Source of the DNA: Selaginella moellendorffii
Lineage: Eukaryota > Plantae > Lycopodiophyta
Assembly: GCF_000143415.4 (NCBI RefSeq)
Contig: NW_003314267.1
Location: 3,161,407-3,225,406, forward strand
Reading direction: 5' to 3'
DNA length: 64,000 bases
The notes under the pieces are model-generated. The model saw only the letters and a program-made list of their open reading frames with translations, did no database searches and was not told the DNA's origin. This document shows, piece by piece, positions 33,258 to 43,112 of the stretch (positions within the stretch are counted from its first letter, which is position 1; each line of letters begins with the position of its first letter). Position numbers and translations under genes: made by a program.

Positions 33258-36200
33258 CTAGTCTTCTTCCTCCTCGTCCTCGTCTTCGTCTCCTTCTTCC
33301 TCCTCGAATTCTCCCTCTTCTTCCTCGTATTCTTCCTGTTCTTCGTGGCCTTCTTCCTCGTCAAAGAGCGATGAAATGCCTTCGTAGTCGATCTCTTCGG
33401 GCTGCGCCGCCTTCGCTGCCTTTGGCGTCGCCGGTTCTTCGCCTTCATCACCGCCGCCGCCGAGCGATGGACGCATTGAGAGCATTATCTTTAGAGGCAA
33501 GCAGCAGCAGCCACAGAGTGGTGTCAAGATCCCCATGCCCTGAAGCAAAAGTAGAACATAGAAAGCTGCAAGAAATTCCGAGTGAGATCCGGAGAACTGT
33601 GTGATCAACTCGGAACTTTACCCAGTGCTGCAGCCACAAGGCCTCCAACAAAGAAGAGGATCTTCTTGACACAAAAGTGAGCGATGAAGCATCCAATGTC
33701 GAATGCTCCAGGGCAGTTGCTGCATGGAAAAGTTATACAAGAACGAACGCTAAATGAATGAATGGTTTGCTTACTCGCATTTGCCGAGCAGATTGTTGAA
33801 GAGACCAAACATTTTCCTGAAGGGAGATGTCACGACATTGAACGCGCCCTTGGCAATTCCTTTGATTCCCGCTCCAATCTTTCCAAAGAAACCCAAACCA
33901 CCTAGTCCTTTCGCGAATGTATCGTTTTTTGATCCTGCTATTTGAACTCCACCCTGGTTACAAGCCACAAAATCAATTCATGACAAAAAGTGGTGGATCA
34001 CTGTGCACACATACCACTTGCGAGCCGTTATTGAAAACGGTAGCGGTGGTGGAGAACTTGGCCTCCTTGACATCGCAGTTTTCTCCTTCGGAATCACGGA
34101 GTGTCACTGCAGAGAAAGAAACAAACAGATTGAAAATAAAGAGACTGAATGCAATACCGATGCAGGAGTTTTTCGTTGCATCTGTGCTCCTCGTTATCAA
34201 TGTGTATAAAAAAGTTTGAGGAACATTGGGTATCATGGAAACCCTTTTTCCCTGAAACAAAATGCTAATCAGGAAACAGAGAACGGTGGAAGTTTGTGAG
34301 AGAAGAGAAACTTCTTTACCTCCAAAGGATTGATGTTTGCCGAACATTCCACCTACAGAAGAGACCAGAGTTAAAAGCCTCGCCATGCAGCTTCTAAAGC
34401 AAGTACTCACATACACGCCATAGGACGCCTCCAGTGATCCGTCATTCACCACTGTAAGCGTCAGAGTCCCGCCGGTGGACATTGCCTCAAAAGGCGGCAC
34501 CTCAACCTTGACAATTTTTCCAGTACTCCTGCAACCAATAAACTTCACAGCACATTTTCATCTGGAAAAATTGGAAGGAAAGAAGGATGAGCGAACGAAC
34601 TTGTTTCTCCGGAATGACACGTTATCAGCAGCAATCTCGATGGTTATCAGCGAATTTGTTGGGCTGACAGCAATTTGGAGCGCATCTGGTACCAAGCTCT
34701 GCAGTTCAAACTGTATATCCAACACTAGCGTGTGTGTAATTCGCTTACCCTGTATGATCCATACCGAAACAGACCATGGATGGCAAGCCGACCCTTGCCT
34801 AAAGCTGCCAAGTCTTCCTACAAGCTCACGTAGGATTAAGAAAGAAAACAAAGTTAGAGAAGCACGTACTTTGATGAAATCGATAAGCTGTTCACCGATG
34901 CACATCCCCAAAGCCCCGTCGCAAGTTCTTGGCTGCTGAGCATAGCCCAGGCAAGAGAGTCCAATCCTGTCGCATGCTGATCCAGTTAACGTGACTCTAG
35001 CCTCATCTACGAGCATCCACAATCTGCCATCCGCCCTTGGACTGCCCTGCTCACAAGTTTAGTCTTCACGAAAAACTATGAATGCATCGAGGACGCTTCT
35101 CTACCCTTGTAAACTGTTGCCAGTTACCGTCTGGTTTCTCAGCCTGGACGAGCATTACAAGTGAGCAACTAGCAAGACTTGCAAACCTGATATGTATACG
35201 TACCCTTGGTACGAAGAGATACCTTCCATCCAAAACCGGGATTTGTGTGTAAGATCCCAGATCTCCAATAAGGTAGGCAATAAAGGTCCTGGGACCATTA
35301 ATCGCGGACATCGCAGAGGGACTCAGACGGACAAATTCCTGGAACGAGAAGTGTGAGCCTCAAGACGAAACCTATTATCCGTGAACTCGCCTTGTTCCCG
35401 TTTTGATCTGTGAGTGTGATTGTTATTTCGAAACTAATGGTACCAGTTCGGATGCGAAACATGACACACCTGCACAAGCCTTGGTGCGTTATCACGCAGC
35501 AAAAGAAAAATAACACCAACAGAGGGAGAAGAACTCACCACATTTGGCCGAAGCGAAGGCAAAATGCATAGCCAGCGTCACTTATACCGCAATGACCAGG
35601 CTTGGGCATTCCTCGAAAGTGTTTGATTTGTTTGAGTGGCTTGCATGTACAGCAAAAGCCCTGCAAAAGGCAAGGCTGAAAAATCAAAGGACATAAAAAC
35701 TCCAAACGAAACTTACTGAGCTTCCTGGTACAACGTTTCCCTTTGAATCGCCCAGTCTGTATGGAGAAGATCACACAGGAAGAGTCAGTGTCACAAATGG
35801 ATCTACCCGAAAATCTGAAAGGATAGTTCTTACACTCCACAGGTTGCTTTATCGTTGAGCTTGGTGTTGCAGCCTTTTTTCTTCTTGATGACGCGCTCAT
35901 TTAGATCACCTGCAACATTCTATTCATCCAATCTCTTCTCGCACTAGAGCTCTTCGAGAGGAAGAAAAAGAGCCAAAAGAAAAGAAATGCAAGGCCTCAC
36001 CTTCAGGTACTCGAGCGCGTACTTGACAATGCTGTCCGTCTTGGCGATGTTCACGGAAATGGATTTCTCCAGCACTTGCTTGCCGTCGCGGCTCGTCGGA
36101 TCCTTGACCTCGGCGATGAGCGCCTCGCCATTACCCCCCTGGAAGAGCCAAGGGCAAAATTTCCAGAACCCTAGCTAGAAGTTTGGAGCTTACATCGCCC

Positions 36201-36373
36201 GATGGAATCGCGACCGTGACCAAGATCTTCTTCTTGCACTGGATGGCATTGGGATCGCCCGTGTTGACGCACACATCAAGATCGCTCTTGGAGATGGTCG
36301 TCATGTTGATGGATGGATTCCATAACAGCGCTTGCAAAAGAAAGAGGAGAATCCATTTTACCGCCATTTCCAT
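33258..36373 (-). CDS. HAP2: HAP2/GCS1 gamete fusogen (fusexin), multi-exon
   Basis: Signal peptide, ISKSDLDVC..CKKKILVTVAIPSG, GFCCTC..CLRF..W, HAP2-GCS1 domain WMLVDEARVTLTGSACDRIGLS..QQP..C..C..QL, NSLITIEIAAD, FEAMS..G.L..VVN.G..EASY, pre-TM C..C..FDIGCFI.H.C, then a TM helix. GT-AG splicing kept frame at the junctions checked. Confidence 0.92.
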
Positions 36374-36682
36374 CCAGTTTAAAACCGAAACTTTAACTGT
36401 TCCTTGGCGGCAAAGTAGATTTGAAAGTTAGGGTTCTTCACCTCCATTAAATTGATAATGGTTTTGTCCTGGAATGCGATGGACAGATTTACAAGTTCTA
36501 GTTGATGGAATCACGGAAGCGTTAAACCTTTTTTATGAGCGTTGCACACCCAGTGCCTCACGTAAAGAGAAGCAATCAAAGGAATATATAAGCGATGATA
36601 ACTTCGCTCAAGTTCTAATCGATCGATATCCATCGATCCAAAGCAACGAACAAAGGAAAACGAGATAAAACGAACGTCCATC

Positions 36683-37865
36683 ATGGGACTCAACATGAAG
36701 ATGCTACTGGGCATTCTCGGTAAGTAAACTCACAAACTTAGCTCTGACGATTTCACTATCTCCATCTCTCTCCTTCTCAGGAAATGCCACTGCTGTTGCT
36801 CTGTTTGGAGCACCACTGTAAGTATCATCCATCAGATCATCAAAAACTTCCAGAGATCAAGCAAACCTGAGAGTGGAAACTTGGATCTATCTTTGCAGGC
36901 CGACGTTCTGGGAGATCGTCCGGAGCAAATCCACGCAGGAGTACTCGGGCCTGCCGTACGTTTGCACGCTCTTCAACTGCATGCTGTGGATCCTCTACGG
37001 CATGCCGTTCGTGAAGCCGCACAGCATGCTCATCATCACCATCAACGCCGCCGGCTGCGCGATCGAGCTCGTCTACACCGCCCTCTACCTCTCCTATGCC
37101 ACCAGAGCCAAGATGGTATACTTGCAACTTTCCGAGGACCACCTTGGTTGGAATCCCTTCTTCGCGTTTCCGGACCCGGTCTAAACTTCTCGGTGAAAAT
37201 CCGTACTGCAGGTGAAGGTGCTGAAGATGCTGGGTGCCGTGGCTGTAGCATTTGGACTGATCACGCTCACCACCGTCAAGCTTGCTGACACCCACGACGA
37301 GAGAATAACCGTGGTCGGATCCGTCTGCGTCGCGGTGGCCATTGCGATGTACATCTCTCCACTGACTGTCATGGTGACGACGCAGAGTCTCTCATCTTTC
37401 TTTCTAACCGTGTCCTTGTTGCTGCCTTGCGTAGAAGCTAGTGATCCAAACCAGAAGCGTCCAGTACATGCCGTTTCTATTGTCGCTCTTCGTTTTCCTC
37501 AACAGCTTGGTGTGGACCTTCTATGCCGTTGTAACTCGGGATATCTTCATCGCTGTAAGTGTTCTTCCTTCCCTCTTTTTTTTTTTTTTTTGTTTTTTTT
37601 TGTTTTTCGATGTTACTTGAGAATCTGAAACCAAAAAACAAATTGTTGTTGTTAGATACCAAACGGACTTGGTTGTCTCTCGGGCATCGCTCAACTCAGC
37701 CTCTACGCGATCTATAGAAACAGCAGCAGTGACAACAGCACCGAGGAGAATACTACCAAGACAATGTATAACAATGCACTATGCAACATTCAAATCGACC
37801 AGCTGGGAGCAAACGGCGACGACATGAAGAAACCAAGCTGCAAACACCAATACGAGCAGCAATAG
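36683..37865 (+). CDS. SWEET: SWEET (MtN3/saliva) sugar transporter; 6 exons
   Basis: GILGN..ALFGAPL-PTFWEIVRSKST.EYSGLPY..LFNC.LW.LYG, MYISPL.VMKLVIQTRSVQYMPFLLS, IPNGLG. Canonical plant SWEET exon pattern, stop at 37865. Confidence 0.93.
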
Positions 37866-38009
37866 CAGGACTTTTAGAGCTAGACAAACACATTTTCTGG
37901 AAAAAGAAAAAATGGAACATAATGTCAGATAGAGCTAGCAAACAAGAAAGAAACAATTCAAGCTCGAGCAAAGAAAAAATTACTTTACCTGGGTGTAGCT
38001 ACAGCGAGC

Positions 38010-40460
38010 TTATTGTCTTTTGGTAGCACCGGTTCGACGAAGAGCAACGTAGAAAAGGAACCGAAACAGGACGCCAAATCCAATCGTAACTCCCAGGCAC
38101 GTCCACCGCCCCAGCTGCGTTATGTAAAACCGGTGCAAAACGTCGCTCCCATTCATCACACAGGTGTCTTCGTCGATGTCGCCATAGGAGGTGCCTTGAA
38201 GAGCACTCCTCACAATAGCCAGCATCATCTTCACTGCTGTCTCGTTCACGTCTTGAAGAGGAGTGCCGTACAGTATCTGCTTCCCTGTCTCGAAGCAAGC
38301 CCCGTCTCGAGAAAACTCGTTGATGAGAACAGCTTCGTACGGGTACTTGATGATGGAGAGATAGTGAAACCAGATCCAGTACCTGGGAATGCGTTCTCTG
38401 GAGATGAAGAAGCCACTGAGCAGTAGAAAATAGGCGAGCAGCGCCACGACCACGGTGTAGCCGAGCATAACGTTGGGAATCACCGCGGAGAGAAAAGTGA
38501 CGAAGGAGTTGCCCGCCCAGAACGATGCCCAGAGAATGAGGAACATGAAGAGGAAACCCGGCGCTCCACCACTCAGTCCCACTGTCCACCATATCGTCGC
38601 CGCAAATGCGATGGAGAGCAAGCCGAGGAAAGGCACGTAGATGATCGCGTTTGCGAGCACATACGACGACTTTCTGTAAGCGCTGTGAGCAGTCTCTCGC
38701 ATGAAAATGTACCTCTCCTGGAGAAAGACCGGCAGAGCATCTGCGCAGGTGTAGAAGGTCGTAGAGATGGCGAAAGCAAGAAAGCCCAAGCGCTCCTGGA
38801 CACCTTTCGGGCTGTGGTCCAAGTTCCAGAAGATCGTTGCCAGCAGACCGGCAGTGAGGATAACTGTGCCCAGCCGCATGAGAAAGAGCTCCGGAGTCCG
38901 CCTGATGTTGATCAAGGAGCGCTTGATGATGACGAGCATTTCAACCCACCAAGGATTCGCAAACCTCGCCACCTTTGCTCCGTTGCACCTGTCGCCACAA
39001 TCGTGTGCCTGGGCCCTTGCTGCGACCAGTTTTCCCCTTGAAATGCTGACGCTTATGGCTGTTTTCACGTCTACAGCGGGCCCGGACAGCAGCATCTCCT
39101 CCGGCCTGAGCTCTTTGGACGTCCAGAGCTTCGAAAACTCGACGAGGGGCTTGATTCCTCCTGGCGAGGAATGCAACTCTTGAATAAGATCCAGCGCAAA
39201 CTCGGTGCTGTTCTCGTGCTCAGGCACCGATCTTCCGTAAGCCGTGAAGTACGGGCCGAGTTCCGAAGGTGGTCCATTGTATACCGTCTGCCCGTGAGCG
39301 AGGAATATAAGTCGATCAACCAGCCCCATGATCCTGTAGCTTGGCTGATGGATCGACAGTATCACAACGCTTCCCGTCTGTGCGATCTTCTGGAGTGTCC
39401 TGACCACCATGTAGGCGCTCGTTGAGTCGAGCCCCGACGTAGGCTCGTCCAAGAAGAGAAGCAGCGGGTCGTGGATGATGTCGATTCCAATGGAAACTCT
39501 CCGCCTCTCCCCTCCGGAAACACCCCTCCTGCCTTCATCGCCGATCATGGTGTTGGCGACACGCTGGAGTCCCAGCTGCTCGAGCAACATCTTCACTCTC
39601 TCGACCTTCTTCTGCCGTGAGTGTGTTTGAGGCAGCCTCACGTTCGCGGAGAACATGAGTGTCTCCTGAACCGTAAGCATCGGGAAGAGCAAGTCATCCT
39701 GCATCACGTACGCCGAGATGCTCCTCAAGAGCCTGGTACCGACTTCCTCCCCGTTCAGCGTGATGCTGCCTTTCAAGCTTCCTTTCGCAATCCTCAGCGC
39801 CAAGGCGTCGATAAGTGTCGACTTTCCTGACCCGCTCGGACCCATGACTGCCAGGATCTCCCCTTCTCTTGCTTCTCCTGAGACATTCTCCAGCAAGTTC
39901 CTGGCTTGGTTGTCTTCCGGAATGGCGGAGCTGGAAGACTTTGTCGTCCGAAATGGCCACCTCGATCTTCGTTTTTCGTAGACCGTGTACGTGAGGTCCG
40001 AAAACTGCAACAGGATGAGCGGCTTCGACTTGTCGATGGAGTTCCACAGCCCGTCCAGATCTACCACTTGATGCGCTGATGCTATGCGAGGCACTGACCC
40101 ACTGGTGATGATACCTCTTGCGTTCTCGTTCTCCTTCTCTTTATCCAGGCTCTCTTCTTCCTCTTGCTGTAGCTTGCGTAACTTATTGAGAAGTTCTCCC
40201 AGCCGCGCGGGCTTGCTGATCGCAATCTTCCCCTGGACTGGCGTCGTGTGTGTCCTCTCCGAGGAGCTTTGAGCCGACGAAGCGATGCCATTTTCCTTGC
40301 CTTCGATCTCGCTAGCACTGCGTCGCGATGCTAGCTCCACGAACACCTCAGCTCCAGAGATAGGTGTAGGATTCGATTCAGTGACCTCCATCTCTGAGGA
40401 TCCAAAGAAAGGTGCTTCCTCGTGCTGGAAATCTCTTGATGGATGATGATCGCGATCCAT
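38010..40460 (-). CDS. ABCG half-size transporter (ABCG1/2/6/16/20-like clade), intronless
   Basis: Walker A GPSGSGKST, signature VSGGERRRVSIG, LLFLDEPTSGLD, ABC2 membrane domain (QERLGF, FYTCADALPVFLQERYIFMRETA). IIHDP and SAYMVV fit the ABCG1 clade better than STR. Confidence 0.93.
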   Translation of the reverse strand: MDRDHHPSRDFQHEEAPFFGSSEMEVTESNPTPISGAEVFVELASRRSASEIEGKENGIASSAQSSSERTHTTPVQGKIAISKPARLGELLNKLRKLQQEEEESLDKEKENENARGIITSGSVPRIASAHQVVDLDGLWNSIDKSKPLILLQFSDLTYTVYEKRRSRWPFRTTKSSSSAIPEDNQARNLLENVSGEAREGEILAVMGPSGSGKSTLIDALALRIAKGSLKGSITLNGEEVGTRLLRSISAYVMQDDLLFPMLTVQETLMFSANVRLPQTHSRQKKVERVKMLLEQLGLQRVANTMIGDEGRRGVSGGERRRVSIGIDIIHDPLLLFLDEPTSGLDSTSAYMVVRTLQKIAQTGSVVILSIHQPSYRIMGLVDRLIFLAHGQTVYNGPPSELGPYFTAYGRSVPEHENSTEFALDLIQELHSSPGGIKPLVEFSKLWTSKELRPEEMLLSGPAVDVKTAISVSISRGKLVAARAQAHDCGDRCNGAKVARFANPWWVEMLVIIKRSLINIRRTPELFLMRLGTVILTAGLLATIFWNLDHSPKGVQERLGFLAFAISTTFYTCADALPVFLQERYIFMRETAHSAYRKSSYVLANAIIYVPFLGLLSIAFAATIWWTVGLSGGAPGFLFMFLILWASFWAGNSFVTFLSAVIPNVMLGYTVVVALLAYFLLLSGFFISRERIPRYWIWFHYLSIIKYPYEAVLINEFSRDGACFETGKQILYGTPLQDVNETAVKMMLAIVRSALQGTSYGDIDEDTCVMNGSDVLHRFYITQLGRWTCLGVTIGFGVLFRFLFYVALRRTGATKRQ

Positions 40461-41177
40461 GGCAGCAGAGCAGGGCTTTCATCGCCATTGTGCTCTAAGA
40501 TAGCTGCCGATTAGCATCGTCTTGTGTCAGGGATCGAAGAGAAGCTCCTCTCAGAAGCTCAATCTGGAGAGAAACGATCGAAATATCACACCGAGGCCTC
40601 ACATTCCCACGATTTCACTCACCAGGAGCGAGGTATCGGCCAGATTACGAAACGAAGCTCCCTTGCGTCGATCAGCTCCGCCTAGAGAGAAATATATATC
40701 CCGCGATGAGACAAAAGCTTCGATCGCAAGCAAGAAACCGCCAAAGAGACTCGAGATTTCAAGAAATCCAAGAACAAACAGACACACTTACAAAGGGGAA
40801 GATCATCTACCGCAAGTAAAACGTGACGGCGCGCACAGTAGGGATGGGATCGCGACGCAATGGGCGAGCGAAGGGATCCTTATTGCCCCTGTTGTCCTTG
40901 GGCACGCTTCTCCATATCATTTAGGTTTTCCACCTGAGCCTCTTAATATCACTCACAGCAATTCCAGAGCCCGTCGCCATTTACGCGCCCACCCGTCAAG
41001 GAACTTCAAAAATTCAAACTGGAGGAGCCCTAAAATCTCTCCACCTTTTAATCAATCCAACCAACGCATCTAAGATAAGCCACCCACAAGAAATTTTCTT
41101 TACGGTGGATCACGGTAATGAAATCTTTGTTGGTCCAACACTGCAAGTTAAGAAAGTCTTTGGCGAGAGCATTAATT

Positions 41178-42969
41178 TTAACGCAGAGTTCCTGACAACT
41201 GATCGATGAAATGCTCGATGGTGACGAAGAACTCGACGATCGCAACTTCCAGCGGCTGTGCTCTACCCGATTTGTACGTGACCGTCGCCACCGAGTCTTG
41301 CGAGTAATCCATTTCTTCGTCCTCCACATTGCATCCTAAGATCCACCAAAACGTTAGCTCAAGAGATCTAGAAACCAAGAAAAAGGAGAGAAAAACATAC
41401 CAGCTTCTTTGAACACAGCTCCAAGCTGCTTCCTCATCTCCCTTATAATCGGAAGAAGCTCCTCGTCGTCGAGATTAAGGTCCTTCAACAGGTCGAGAAT
41501 CCCCTCCAGTGTTGATTCCATGTCGACTTTGCGGTTTATCAATGCCGTGCGTGACGTCTGGTTCACGTTGATCTTCACCTGGGTTTGTTCTAGCTTGCCA
41601 TCGACCTCATTCACCACCTGAGACACAAGAAAGCTCTTTAGATCATGCAAGTACTTTCTTCGAGCCGGATCTACCTGGAGGAGCTGGTTCACTAGATCAT
41701 AAAACTCACTATTCTGCCGCTGAGCTTGTTTAACAGAGTTGACAACTTCGTTGGGATCGTCGATACCGAGTACATCCATGATGTTTGCCAGGGCCTTAAG
41801 CTCGATCCAAATCCTCTGTTCTTCGCTGCATTCCTTTGGTGGTTTACCCCTCTGGCCAGTCACCTGAACTACCAACAAAAAACTCATGAGCGTAATAAGA
41901 AACTTGAGACGAGCAATCACAGGTACCATCATCTTACAAATTGATCCGCTGGGTTGACCACTTTCGACAAAGGCTCTGGATCCATTATAGCCCATCCTTC
42001 AGTTTCTCTCCACAAATCGTAGGCTCGCATGTCCGCCTCGATCTCGTGGATATCTAAACATCGAATCAAGCTTAGTAACCGCCTGAAAGGAAATGTATAA
42101 CCTGTGATCCGCTCCTCAAAGTCGTTTCTCTCCTCGTAAAAGAGATTGCTTTGCTTTATGCATTCCTCGATCGCAACCTCCATAACTGCAACTTCTGCCT
42201 CCATGTTCTTACGCACGTTTTCATAAAACTCTTTCTCCTCACTGAGCTCCTGCATCTTTGCCTGGAGAAGCTTGTTTTGCTTTTTCACCACGTTGAGGTC
42301 GATAACAGCCTAGCAAAAAATCCCAGATTAACAAGTGATCGCTATAATAATATAGCTGAAAAGGCACCTTTTGCAGCCGGTTTTCGGTAATCGCAACTCG
42401 TATCACAGCTTGCTTGTACTTATCCCTCGCATTGAAAATACCTCCCATGCTTTTCTTAGCTTTCCTCAAGCCAGCATATGATTCTCGTAAAGAGCCTTCC
42501 AGCCCTTCCAGCCTTTTGGCTTCAGATATGACCATCTGACTGAACTTGTCGGCCTCGGACTGCAGAGAGGTTGCTTGCCGACTGACATCCTAAAAACCAA
42601 AAAAGCTCTTCCCGTCAATCACAGATAAACTGCCATGTAGTGGAAAGTAGCAGCACCGGAATGTAATACGTCTCGATTTTCTCCCGAATCCCTCGATTCT
42701 CTGTTTCAAGACTGGCGAGCAAAGCCTCTTGCTTCCGCAGGATGTTCTCGCTTTCATTGTGATAGGATTGCCTGCTCTTCTCGATTACCCTGTAGTTCTT
42801 ATGAACCACCTTCAGCTGCATAATGATCACGATAAATGAATAAAGAAACAATGGAAAACTCTCACAAACAGCTTACATGTTTTTGGTTTGGACCTTCAAC
42901 GGGATTTCCTACAGATGAAAGCTCTTCCTCGCTTGCCGTTGACAGTTCCTCCTCCGCCTCTTCTGACAT
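41178..42969 (-). CDS. Coiled-coil protein resembling outer dynein arm docking complex subunit DC2/ODAD1 (CCDC114/CCDC63 family), multi-exon
   Basis: Spliced product has YRVIEKSRQSYHNESENILRKQ, MGGIFNA...ENRLQK.AVIDLN..KKQNKLL, SNLFYEERN, IMDVLGIDDPNEVV..AQRQNSEFYDLVNQL and FKEAGC. These are collinear with remembered DC2 motifs (RIMEGDRKAY.EESQN.IRKQ, MGG.NA..ENRLDK, TGI.DIDELV..F.EAE..NFSLFNYVNEL). Confidence 0.72.
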
Positions 42970-43112
42970 TTTGGCAGAATCTACCTAGTAGAGATTTGAG
43001 AACCCATTTCGCTTGAACTTTGAGTACCTTTTGCCGCGCTTCGAGACGCCAAAAGCTTTGCGTTCCACGTCAGCAGTCTGTTATTTAACAAAACCTCGGA
43101 ATATTCGCGTAG

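Noticed and set aside
38010-40460. Mycorrhizal STR/STR2 transporter
   Set aside because: Diagnostic residues fit the ABCG1/2/6/16/20 clade better. A phylogeny would be needed to exclude STR fully.
40522-41073. 183-aa plus-strand ORF
   Set aside because: Non-ATG start, lies in the ABCG promoter/UTR region, no motifs.
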